DNA from: Candidatus Scalindua sp.
GTDB lineage: Bacteria; Planctomycetota; Brocadiia; Brocadiales; Scalinduaceae
Direction: 5' to 3'
NCBI GenBank assembly: GCA_031316235.1
Contig: JALDRA010000001.1
Span: forward strand, 3,570,001 to 3,602,000
DNA length: 32,000 bases
Numbering within the stretch: the stretch's first letter is position 1; every line of letters starts with the position of its first letter. The notes below the pieces were generated by a model that worked only from the letters and a program-made list of their open reading frames with translations, was not told the DNA's origin and searched no databases. The position numbers and the translations under genes are program-made. This document shows positions 9,525 through 18,306 of this stretch, piece by piece.

Positions 9525-12500
9525 TCAAGCCTCCGGGTCCCAGGTTGCCATATGTTTGAGCAGTTTCCACCGCCTCATGATATTTGCCTTTGCTTTTTTC
9601 ATAAGCTCTTTTGCCATTTCAGGATTGCTTGCCCTCAATGCCTTGTAACGGTTTTCACGATAGGCGTACTCCTCAAAAGGAGTTGATGGATCTTTGCTGT
9701 TGATAACAAGGGGATTTTTCCCCTGCGCCTCAAGTTCCGGGTTGTATCGATAGAGGGGCCAGTAACCGCTTGAGACGGCTTTTTTCATAGCCTCTACTCC
9801 CTTACTCATGTCCATACCATGCGCAATACAATTCGAATAGGCAATAATTAATGCCGGGCCATCATATGCATCTGCCTCTATGAATGCCTTGAGTGTCTGG
9901 GCCGGGTTTGCACCAAAAGCCACCTGGGCTATGTATACATTGCCGTAGGTACTCATGATCATACCGATGTTCTTCTTGGGAGTCCTCTTTCCGCCAGCTG
10001 CAAACTGGGCTATTGCTCCCAGGGGTGTGGCCTTGGACATTTGACCTCCGGTATTTGAATATACCTCAGTATCCATAATCAATAACTTGATATTCTCTCC
10101 CGTTGCCAGTACGTGATCAACACCTCCATAGCCAATATCATACCCCCAGCCATCCCCACCTATAGCCCATACACATTTTTTCACGATGTAGTCCGCCAGT
10201 GAGAGCAGATTCCTTGCTTCAGGAGAACCGTTTGCGGAGAGCTTTTTCTTCAGTTCAGCAACGCGGCCCCTCTGCTCTTCTATACCCTCTTGTGATGATG
10301 TGTCCGCATTCTTGATTGCCACAAACAAATCTTTTAAATCAGCATATGCAGGGTTTGCAGAGAAAATGTCCATTAATTCCATGGCCTGAGTATGGAACTT
10401 ATCCATTGTCTGTCTCATGCCGAGACCAAACTCTGCAGTGTCTTCAAACAGAGAATTTGACCAGGCGGGTCCCCTGCCGTCTTCCCTTGTCGTGTAAGGG
10501 GTTGTTGGTAGATTTCCACCATAGATAGAGCTGCAGCCTGTCGCATTCGCAATAATCAACCGGTCCCCAAACAGCTGCGTCATTAGCTTTATATAAGGTG
10601 TTTCTCCGCATCCTAGGCAGGCACCACTGTACTCAAAGAGTGGTTTTACAAACTGACTGCCCTTCACATTGGTAACCTTAAATCTGGACCGGTCGGTTTC
10701 CGGAAGATTGAGAAAAAAATCGTAGTTTTCAGCCTCTTCCTTGCGAAACGTCTCTTGAGTTTTCATGTTGATGGCCTTAATACCCTCAATTTTATTTCCA
10801 TCGGCATCCTTCTTCTGTCCAGGGCAGTTAAAGACACATGATCCACAGCCTGTACAGTCTTCGGGAGCAACCTGCACCGTAAACTTGAGGCCCTTAAGAT
10901 CTTTACCTGTTGCATCGATGGATTTAAATGCAGAAGGCGCACCATTTAGTTCTGATGGTTCATATGCCTTTACCCTGATGCTTGCATGCGGACAGACAAA
11001 CGAGCACTGTGCACACTGAATACAGGCATCAGGCTCCCAGATTGGTATATTAATGCCGATATTCCTCTTTTCATATTGAGTAGTACCAGTGGGCCAGGTA
11101 CCGTCAGAGGGGATTGCTGATACGGGGAGAGAGTCTCCGTTATTGGCAAGTATCTTGGCCGTTACCTTCTTTACAAATGCTGGTGCATTGTCCGGGACAG
11201 GGGGGCGCATACGGATAGTGCTGGTTGCCTTGTCCGGTACAGGTACCTCAACTATATTCTGCAATGCATAATCAACTGCCTTATAATTCAAATTGACAAT
11301 ATCCTCACCCTTCCTCATGTAAGTCTTTTTGATTTCAGTTTTTATGGATTTTACGGCATCTTCTTTGGGAATGATTCCCGAAATAACAAAAAATGCCGTT
11401 TGCATGATCATATTTATCCTTGCACCAAGACCAATCTCTTCAGCAAGGGAAATAGCATCAACAATAAAGAATTTCATCTTTTTGGATATAAGTTGCTCCT
11501 GCACTTCAACAGGCAGCGTATCCCAGACATCATCTTTTTTGTGTGATGTGGTGAGAAGGAATGTTGCTCCCTCTTCTGCATTTGAAAGCATGTCTATCTT
11601 GTCCGGAAACGAAGGATTGTGACATGCTATGAAGTTTGCCTTTTTGATGAGATATGGCTTATGGATTCTATCTTTTCCGAATCGAAGGTGAGAAACGGTA
11701 GTCGCACCTGATTTCTTCGAATCATACACGAAATATGCCTGTGAATAATTGTCTGTTTCATCCCCGATAATCTTAATGGTATTTTTATTTGCACCTACAG
11801 TACCGTCAGCTCCCAGACCGTAAAAGAGTGAACGGAATTCATTTTTGTCTCCAACATCAAAAGATTCATCATAATCAAGGCTGGTGCCGCAAACGTCGTC
11901 TTTAATGCCGATCGTAAAGTGGTTCTTTGGCTTTTCAGAAGAGAGATTATCGAATACTGCCTTGACCATGGCAGGGGTAAAGTCTTTTGAACCGAGACCA
12001 TAACGGCCACCAATTACTTTTGGATATACGGTTAATTTTGATGTGCCCCTGTCCATCATCTCTCCAATGGCAGTCCTCACATCAAGATATAATGGTTCAC
12101 CGATTGCACCGGGCTCTTTGGTGCGGTCAAGCACCGCAATTGATTTTACGGTTGCTGGTAAACTGTCAGTAAAAGCCTCTATATCAAACGGTCTGTAAAG
12201 CCTTACGAGAACGATTCCAAGCTTTTCTCCTTTTGCATTGAGCGTGTTAACCGTATTCAGTGCAACCTCACCTGCTGAGCCCATAACGACAATTACCCGC
12301 TCAGCCTCAGGATTACCGAGGTAGTCAAACAGCTTGTACTGACGGCCGACTATGCCGGCAAACTTATCCATGGCCTTTTGAACGATTTCAGGTGCTGCTT
12401 CATAATACTTGTTTACCGTTTCTCTTCCCTGAAAATAGACATCCGGGTTCTGTGATGTACCGCGGATGCTTGGCCGGTCCGGAGTCAGACCTCGTCCTCG

Positions 12501-13109
12501 ATGGGCAATCACAAGATCATTGTTAATCATGGCACGCATATCATCAAAACTGACTTCCTCAATTTTTTGAACCTCATGTGATGTTCTGAAACCGTCAAAG
12601 AAGTGCATGAATGGAATCCTCGATTCAAGTGTTGCCGCTTGAGCGATGAGGGCAAAATCCATTGATTCCTGTACGTTTTGAGAGCACAGCATGGCAAATC
12701 CTGTAGAGCGGGCAGCCATTACGTCTGAATGATCTCCAAAAATGGATAATCCCTGGGCGGCAAGGGAACGGGCGGTTATATGAAAGACAGTTGGCGTTAA
12801 TTCACCCGCTATCTTGTACATATTTGGAATAATAAGCAGAAGGCCTTGAGAGGCTGAAATAGTTGTAGCTAAAGCACCGGTAGTAAGAGAACCGTGTACT
12901 GCTCCGGCAACACCTGCTTCTGACTGCATCTGGCTAACCTTTGGCACAGACCCCCATATATTTACTTCTCCTTTTGCCGACTTTGCATCACAAATTTCTG
13001 CAATGGCTGATGAAGGTGTTATGGGGTAAATGGTAATAATCTCATTTGTTGCATGTACAACGTGGGCACATGCAGCGCATCCATCCACAATTACGGTATT
13101 TCGACTCAT
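9525..13109 (-). CDS. nifJ: Pyruvate:ferredoxin (flavodoxin) oxidoreductase, single-polypeptide type
   Basis: There are two ferredoxin-type clusters, CIQCAQCSFVCP and CTGCGSCVFNCP. The TPP-binding motif is GGDGWGYDIGYGG. The ORF track starts at TTG 13124. I prefer ATG 13109 (MSRNTVIVDG) because GAAGGAG lies ~7 nt upstream of it. Confidence 0.95.
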   Translation of the reverse strand: MSRNTVIVDGCAACAHVVHATNEIITIYPITPSSAIAEICDAKSAKGEVNIWGSVPKVSQMQSEAGVAGAVHGSLTTGALATTISASQGLLLIIPNMYKIAGELTPTVFHITARSLAAQGLSIFGDHSDVMAARSTGFAMLCSQNVQESMDFALIAQAATLESRIPFMHFFDGFRTSHEVQKIEEVSFDDMRAMINNDLVIAHRGRGLTPDRPSIRGTSQNPDVYFQGRETVNKYYEAAPEIVQKAMDKFAGIVGRQYKLFDYLGNPEAERVIVVMGSAGEVALNTVNTLNAKGEKLGIVLVRLYRPFDIEAFTDSLPATVKSIAVLDRTKEPGAIGEPLYLDVRTAIGEMMDRGTSKLTVYPKVIGGRYGLGSKDFTPAMVKAVFDNLSSEKPKNHFTIGIKDDVCGTSLDYDESFDVGDKNEFRSLFYGLGADGTVGANKNTIKIIGDETDNYSQAYFVYDSKKSGATTVSHLRFGKDRIHKPYLIKKANFIACHNPSFPDKIDMLSNAEEGATFLLTTSHKKDDVWDTLPVEVQEQLISKKMKFFIVDAISLAEEIGLGARINMIMQTAFFVISGIIPKEDAVKSIKTEIKKTYMRKGEDIVNLNYKAVDYALQNIVEVPVPDKATSTIRMRPPVPDNAPAFVKKVTAKILANNGDSLPVSAIPSDGTWPTGTTQYEKRNIGINIPIWEPDACIQCAQCSFVCPHASIRVKAYEPSELNGAPSAFKSIDATGKDLKGLKFTVQVAPEDCTGCGSCVFNCPGQKKDADGNKIEGIKAINMKTQETFRKEEAENYDFFLNLPETDRSRFKVTNVKGSQFVKPLFEYSGACLGCGETPYIKLMTQLFGDRLIIANATGCSSIYGGNLPTTPYTTREDGRGPAWSNSLFEDTAEFGLGMRQTMDKFHTQAMELMDIFSANPAYADLKDLFVAIKNADTSSQEGIEEQRGRVAELKKKLSANGSPEARNLLSLADYIVKKCVWAIGGDGWGYDIGYGGVDHVLATGENIKLLIMDTEVYSNTGGQMSKATPLGAIAQFAAGGKRTPKKNIGMIMSTYGNVYIAQVAFGANPAQTLKAFIEADAYDGPALIIAYSNCIAHGMDMSKGVEAMKKAVSSGYWPLYRYNPELEAQGKNPLVINSKDPSTPFEEYAYRENRYKALRASNPEMAKELMKKAKANIMRRWKLLKHMATWDPEA

Positions 13110-13134
13110 AAGTTTCTCCTTCAATTAGCGAACC

Positions 13135-13150
13135 TGGCAAGCAAGGTGCA
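13135..13150 (+). promoter_or_regulatory. Sigma-54-type -24/-12 promoter-like motif
   Basis: TGGCAAgcaagGTGCA has GG at 13136-13137 and GC at 13148-13149, which is the canonical spacing of TGGCAC-N5-TTGCA. Two non-core mismatches are present. It points rightward, away from nifJ and into the IS, with no ORF immediately downstream. Confidence 0.25.
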
Positions 13151-13321
13151 GGTGTTTTATAAAAAACATTTTTAACTAGTATGTTTAAAAGATTTTATGT
13201 GTGACTTATCTATAATATGCAGCTTTATACGCTACGAAAGCATGGAGTATAAATATAATGTTTTTATTAAGAAAGTAAACATAAAACTTTGGAGCTGACA
13301 AAACGGAAGTGAAGAGAGAAC

Positions 13322-13342
13322 TATAGAGCCTCCGCATAAACT
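13322..13342 (+). repeat. IS terminal inverted repeat (transposase-distal end)
   Basis: tatagagcctccgcataaact matches the reverse complement of 15331-15351 at 18/21 positions. Confidence 0.7.
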
Positions 13343-13501
13343 CGAACGAAAAGTGTTCAACGCAAAATTTTTTTTACTCGTATTTCAAAATCAAGTAAAA
13401 AGCAAACAGAAAGAAATAGCACAGCACCAATAATGGAGGTAATTTGCAAATTTGGAAACACCTCTCCCATGGTCTTTTATTTTGCTTCCAGAAACATCAA
13501 T

Positions 13502-15106
13502 TTAATTCTGTAACAAGAGGTGAAAAGCAATCATCGTCTTATCCAGGTATGCCTGAAATGAGAGATTCCCTCTCTTGCTTAAACGATCATCACCACTATC
13601 ACACTTCAGCCGCTTTATCATCCGCTCAACTGAAGGGCGACGTGTCATTATCGCCTTAAATCTCTTTGCCATCGGAGGGTCTTCTGTGTCTATGTGGGAT
13701 AACAATCCAAATGATATATTAATCATCCTGCCGGTTAGCGAATTGGGGCAACACTCTACCTGATGCCGGCATGTTGAACACACCGATCCTCCATCTGTAT
13801 CCGTTGGCGCATGATAAATGAATTTCTCTCGTTCATAACGCATTCCTTTGTAATCCATCTCATGGCCCCCATTGCAAATTACGACACCATACGGCGTTAT
13901 CTTCTCCATACCACGCGGCAACCCAACTGTTACTTCCCTCTGACGCCTTGGATTTAAAGATGCCTTTAATTCCAGCCCAAGTTTGTCCATAAACTTATCT
14001 TTCAAATCTTTGCTGTCACACGCACTATCATACAATGCTCTTTTAACCGATTCTTTAATTACCGGATAGGTATCAAATACTTCTTCTATATGCGGAAGAA
14101 ATGTCTCTCCATCATGGGTCGGTCCATCCAACACCGCCCTTGCATCCAAAGGCACCCCTTGGCGGGGAAAACCGACAATGCTTGCTTTGTGGCCCCAATA
14201 CATCTTTGTTATGGATTTCACGATTGTTCCCGCTCCTTCATCTGCCAGTACCCAGTCATGTTCACACTTGTCTCTGTCTTGACAGCGACACTTCTTGGTT
14301 AACTTTGATTGCGACTTCCTCTGCTCCTTGCCGTCTTTGTCTTTATACTTTACTGTCTCAAACCCTGAATACGCATAATAGTGGGTTGTATCTCCGACTA
14401 CTTCTTTCTCTATTTTAATCGCACCTGTCTCTATGTTTTCAGTCACCAGCATAATCTTCATCTTATCCCATAGCCCCCATTCACTCATGATCTGGTCAAA
14501 CTGCTGCAGTTTACGCTCACTCGGGATATGCCTGCTGCAATACTCATCCCTTTCTCCTTTCGGCGCAAATCCACATACTCGGACAAAACTCGGATTACTC
14601 TTTAATAACATGGACACCTTTTCCGGTTCGCACGGAAATCCCATGAGCGCTGTACCCAAAAAACTCTTCAACAACGCAAAAAAACACTTTGGCCTCTTAC
14701 CTCCCAATCGAAATGGTACTACCCCGGGAGATATCCTAAAGGGATTTACCATCTGGACTTTGGATTCAGCCTTTACTTCATAAAGTACTCTACTTTTTTT
14801 CTCCTTATCAACCTGCATGGTTACTCTATCAAATAAAAGCAGCTGCCTTCTATCTTCTTTGCTCTGAGACAATACAACGTTCTTTTGGAGTTTACTCTCT
14901 TGCCTCTTTCTCTCTTCTCGCTTATTAAATTCATAAAGCGCATCATAATACTCAGCACCAAAAACACGGTGTTTCTCCCAGGGAAAATAATATAAAACCC
15001 TAAACCACTCTGCATCTGGCGTATTAAGCAGTACCTTGTCGTCTTCGTGAACGGTGTGAATGAGAAGTGGTTTTTGGTTGCTTTCAATTTGTGATAATGG
15101 TAGCAT
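13502..15106 (-). CDS. DDE transposase (IS4/IS5 superfamily, family not assigned)
   Basis: 534 aa. The candidate catalytic triad is VVGDTTHY, ALYDSACDS and RPSVERMIKRLK. The last motif fits R-x3-E-x6-K of the IS4-type YREK signature. Cys-rich inserts are CRCQDRDKCEH and CSTCRHQVECC. Confidence 0.85.
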   Translation of the reverse strand: MLPLSQIESNQKPLLIHTVHEDDKVLLNTPDAEWFRVLYYFPWEKHRVFGAEYYDALYEFNKREERKRQESKLQKNVVLSQSKEDRRQLLLFDRVTMQVDKEKKSRVLYEVKAESKVQMVNPFRISPGVVPFRLGGKRPKCFFALLKSFLGTALMGFPCEPEKVSMLLKSNPSFVRVCGFAPKGERDEYCSRHIPSERKLQQFDQIMSEWGLWDKMKIMLVTENIETGAIKIEKEVVGDTTHYYAYSGFETVKYKDKDGKEQRKSQSKLTKKCRCQDRDKCEHDWVLADEGAGTIVKSITKMYWGHKASIVGFPRQGVPLDARAVLDGPTHDGETFLPHIEEVFDTYPVIKESVKRALYDSACDSKDLKDKFMDKLGLELKASLNPRRQREVTVGLPRGMEKITPYGVVICNGGHEMDYKGMRYEREKFIYHAPTDTDGGSVCSTCRHQVECCPNSLTGRMINISFGLLSHIDTEDPPMAKRFKAIMTRRPSVERMIKRLKCDSGDDRLSKRGNLSFQAYLDKTMIAFHLLLQN

Positions 15107-15330
15107 TCTTGTGTGTCCTTTCTTGTATAGTAGTTTGTGTTGTTGTGTGACTTCTATTATACAAGTTGGGCACCGTATTTTGTAATTTTACTTTTGCATT
15201 TTGTAAATTATTTTGCAAAACCCTTTAAAATACGGCATCCTGACTCGTTGGTACATTCTTCTTGTCACTCTTTTTACAAAAAACTACCACTAACGTTTCC
15301 CATAACTTATTTACTAACAAAAGCTTTGTA

Positions 15331-15351
15331 AGTTTATGCGTCTGCTCTATA
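15331..15351 (-). repeat. IS terminal inverted repeat (transposase-proximal end)
   Basis: agtttatgcgtctgctctata. See the partner repeat at 13322-13342. Confidence 0.7.
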
Positions 15352-15505
15352 AATATATCCGGCAGTAACCGGGAAAAAGAGGGTCGTGTTTTGAGGGCAT
15401 AGGTTTCATTATGAGAAGGTGTCTTCTGGGTTGAAGTATGTATGCATTTCAGTTAACTGCAGAGTTTGCAGATGAAAGTGTTCGGATGTGTCAGTGCAGT
15501 GGTAA

Positions 15506-15618
15506 TATACTCATCTCATACTGGATTTCGGATAAAATCCGAGATACAATTGAGCGAGTATACCAGCAACCAAGATCTGGTTTCCGGTAAAACCGAAAAC
15601 CAGATAGATTTCAGTATA
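15506..15618 (+). repeat. Full-length (113-bp) divergent copy of the TATACT...AGTATA MITE-like repeat
   Basis: tatactcatctcatactggatttcggataaaatccgagatacaattgagcgagtataccagcaaccaagatctggtttccggtaaaaccgaaaaccagatagatttcagtata is colinear with 23959-24070. Confidence 0.85.
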
Positions 15619-15655
15619 TCAAAATTATTTTTGATTAATTAACTTATTTTGATAT

Positions 15656-15829
15656 TTTTCAGTAGTGTCCGGTTAGGTTTTTGCGTATGTAATTTATTGC
15701 CCAAAAACTGTCATTCCCGCATGTTTTTAGCGGGAATCTATGATGAAACGAGTCTCTGGATACCCGATAAAGACGTTCGGGTATGACAAAAGCAGTCTAC
15801 GCAAAAACCTAACCGGACACTGTTGAAAA
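15656..15829. repeat. 174-bp palindromic MITE-like element with 32-bp terminal inverted repeats
   Basis: The left arm ttttcagtagtgtccggttaggtttttgcgta (15656-15687) matches the reverse complement of 15798-15829 at 30/32 positions, with the inner 24 bp perfect. The interior holds two hairpins, attcccgc/gcgggaat and atacccg/cgggtat, clamped by tgtcat/atgaca. Confidence 0.8.
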
Positions 15830-15931
15830 CCAATATATGATGAGTATAGGAAGACAATGCCGGAAATTTTTTTTATTTAAAGTGAAAAGAAGGAACTTTA
15901 TTATTGTCAGAATTGTTGTAAAATACGATGA

Positions 15932-16513
15932 ATGAAGAGATTTGGGGACCCAGAAGAGAAAACAAATGAGCTAGAGCTGGCTGCATTGGAGTATATGGAT
16001 ACACTCTATAGCTTTGCTGTGAGGATGTCAGGAAACAAGGAGGACGCTGAGGACCTTGTTCAGGAGACATATCTGAAAATGCACAGGTTCTTACATACGT
16101 TTGATGAAGGCTCAAACATGAAGGCGTGGCTCTTCAAGATATTGAGAAATACTTTCATTAATAAATATAGAAAAAAGTTGAGAGAACCTCAGGAGGTCCA
16201 TGATAATAACGAGGACTTTTCTCTATACGACAAAATTGCCGGTGAAGATGGTTACGACCCATACGGGAAGAGCAGCTTCACTATTGAAGAGTTTGTAGAT
16301 GATGAGGTGAAAGAGGCCTTGGAAAATCTACCGCTGGTTTTTAAGGAGGTTATTTTCTATTCGGATCTTGAGGGGCTCACCTATGAGGAGATATCGGACG
16401 TGATAGGGTGCCCTGTTGGTACGGTTAAATCGAGGCTTTATAGATCAAGGAAATTATTACAGAAACAATTATGGGAATATGCGAAGAAAAAAGGGTATTT
16501 GAAGGGGAAATAG
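15932..16513 (+). CDS. ECF-type RNA polymerase sigma factor (sigma-70 family, RpoE-like)
   Basis: 193 aa. Region 2 is DAEDLVQETYLKMHRFLHTFDEGSNMKAWLFKILRNTFINKYRK. Region 4 is LEGLTYEEISDVIGCPVGTVKSRLYRSRKLLQ. Confidence 0.9.
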   Translation: MKRFGDPEEKTNELELAALEYMDTLYSFAVRMSGNKEDAEDLVQETYLKMHRFLHTFDEGSNMKAWLFKILRNTFINKYRKKLREPQEVHDNNEDFSLYDKIAGEDGYDPYGKSSFTIEEFVDDEVKEALENLPLVFKEVIFYSDLEGLTYEEISDVIGCPVGTVKSRLYRSRKLLQKQLWEYAKKKGYLKGK

Positions 16514-16529
16514 TGGGAGAATCAGATAA

Positions 16530-17420
16530 ATGACTTGCAATGAAGCGAAAGAAAAACTTTATGACTATGTGGATAATGAGATTGGACGGGATAACTATCT
16601 ACAGATCAGGCACCATCTCGACGGGTGCCGCAAGTGTTCTGAGGAATTTAAGTTTGAGCAATCTCTTAAAAAACTTATACAGGATAGATCTCATAAATAC
16701 ACCATATCAAAGACCATAAAAGAAAGCATAATCGAAAGATTATCTCAAATGAGGGAAGCCCGTGAGGGCGGCATTGGACGTGAAAGAGGAAAATCAAATG
16801 AAGACAGGGGCCTGCGTATTATCAGACTATTTGCAAAAAGGCCTGCTTATGCAATGGCGGCGGCCTTTATTCCGTTTATTGTTTCAGGATTAGCTGTTTA
16901 TTTTGCATTTTTCAGATCAACACCCCATTCCCCTATTATTCGAGAGATTGCCGAGTGTCACGATCAGCATGTGCATGGTAACGCTGCATTTGGTCTGGTG
17001 AGTTCAGATCAAAATGAGTTAATACGAAATTTTAACAAGTCCCGTGATTTTAATTTTGCTGTAGCTGCTTCAGATTCTAATGACCATGAAACCAGATTTC
17101 TCGGCTGTAGGGATTGTTACCTGGGTGGAAGGAAAAGTGTGCACGTAGAGCTGGAAAGAAAACTTGACAGGAAGTTCTCTTTAGAGATAATTGATGGCTC
17201 AGGGATGAACATAAAAAATTTGAATCAGGAGTTTGTTGACGGCAGGGTATACTATTTCGGGACACACAAAGGTTATAATGTCGTTCTCTGGAGGGAAGGG
17301 GACACTGTGTATAGTTTAACTTCTGAAGCCCGCAAGAATGAGCTTATCCGTGTCGCCAGGGAAGGGATACGGATGCGAAGAGGTATAACGCCTCAAACTT
17401 TTCTGCCGGTGAGAGATTAG
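16530..17420 (+). CDS. Anti-sigma factor (zf-HC2 type) with one TM helix and ~170-aa extracytoplasmic domain
   Basis: 296 aa, starting 16 nt after the sigma gene with a GGGAGA SD. The N-terminal H-x3-C-x2-C motif is HLDGCRKC. The TM helix is AYAMAAAFIPFIVSGLAVYFAFF. Confidence 0.75.
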   Translation: MTCNEAKEKLYDYVDNEIGRDNYLQIRHHLDGCRKCSEEFKFEQSLKKLIQDRSHKYTISKTIKESIIERLSQMREAREGGIGRERGKSNEDRGLRIIRLFAKRPAYAMAAAFIPFIVSGLAVYFAFFRSTPHSPIIREIAECHDQHVHGNAAFGLVSSDQNELIRNFNKSRDFNFAVAASDSNDHETRFLGCRDCYLGGRKSVHVELERKLDRKFSLEIIDGSGMNIKNLNQEFVDGRVYYFGTHKGYNVVLWREGDTVYSLTSEARKNELIRVAREGIRMRRGITPQTFLPVRD

Positions 17421-17470
17421 TTTTGGTTCAACCACTGTTCAGGCATGACCCCCTTTCCTTGATACGTAAG

Positions 17471-17525
17471 TATACTCATTTCATAATGGTTTTCGGATAA
17501 AATCCGGGAAAAAACGGAGCGAGTA
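17471..17525 (+). repeat. Left-half fragment of the TATACT...AGTATA MITE-like repeat
   Basis: tatactcatttcataatggttttcggataaaatccgggaaaaaacggagcgagta matches the left ~55 nt of the full element and then diverges. Confidence 0.7.
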
Positions 17526-17579
17526 AAGTCCTTTTGCCCTTTCTGTTTTGCCTCGACCTGACCAGCTTGAGAGTGTGTA

Positions 17580-18182
17580 ATGATACAGTTTCTTAGGCAA
17601 AAAAAAATTCTTTTCTGTCTCTGCCTGGTTTTTGCGGGGTGTGCGGCCCCGCCATACAAGTATAACTTTTCACTTGTTGAATCTCAGAATGGCTCAATGG
17701 GCTTTGAGGACAGTGAAATCGGGTTCAGATTTTTTCCCTCTCATGAGAAGATTCAGGTTACAATTGCGAACAAAACAGATAAAAAGATACATCTTGTCAG
17801 AGATGAGTCCGAGTATATTGATCATACAGGGAAAACTCGTCGGATGCATTATGGTTATGATTATGTGCAAGAGGTCAGGAATTTTAACCAGAACGGACAT
17901 TCATATGTTTCTCCAATGCGGATTGATCCGAAGTCGGAAGTTTCAGGGTCTCTCTGGATAAACAACTGGCCTGATTTCTGTGTAGGGGAGGACAGATACT
18001 CCCTCTCTTCCCAGCGGATAGACTATCTCATGGAGCCATTTTTTCCAAAAAACAAGTATCAGGGTAGTGGAGATGAGTTGAAGGATACTACGTTTACCTT
18101 GATATTGCCGATTGATTTTGATGGATACATCACTCATTATTCATTTCACTTTCGAATTGATGATGTGAGCGGTTCGTATTGA
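17580..18182 (+). CDS. Hypothetical lipoprotein
   Basis: 200 aa with a signal peptide and lipobox-like LVFAGC. No recognisable family. It sits directly downstream of the ECF/anti-sigma pair. Confidence 0.65.
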   Translation: MIQFLRQKKILFCLCLVFAGCAAPPYKYNFSLVESQNGSMGFEDSEIGFRFFPSHEKIQVTIANKTDKKIHLVRDESEYIDHTGKTRRMHYGYDYVQEVRNFNQNGHSYVSPMRIDPKSEVSGSLWINNWPDFCVGEDRYSLSSQRIDYLMEPFFPKNKYQGSGDELKDTTFTLILPIDFDGYITHYSFHFRIDDVSGSY

Positions 18183-18306
18183 ATTCAGGAGGAATTAGGT
18201 GTGAAAGCAGGAATCTGACTTCTTTCCCGCATAGGACCTGTTTCTGCAAAAGCAGGAATTTCCAAAGTTCCCGGAGGAAAGAACCCTTCATTCCATTGCC
18301 AATAGT

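Larger units (their letters stand above)
13322..15351 (-). mobile_element. Insertion sequence (~2.03 kb) with IS4/IS5-superfamily DDE transposase
   Basis: The element is bounded by imperfect 21-bp terminal inverted repeats matching at 18/21 positions. These are tatagagcCTCcgcataaact at 13322-13342 and the reverse complement of 15331-15351, tatagagcAGAcgcataaact. A single 534-aa transposase ORF lies between them. No target-site duplication is evident. Confidence 0.75.

Noticed and set aside
15892-15898. GGAACTT, an ECF (RpoE-type) -35 motif, 34 nt upstream of the ECF sigma start codon.
   Set aside because: No matching -10 element (TCTGA / CGTC-like) occurs at 16-17 nt spacing. The nearby TCAGA is only 8 nt away. 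A single heptamer is not enough evidence.
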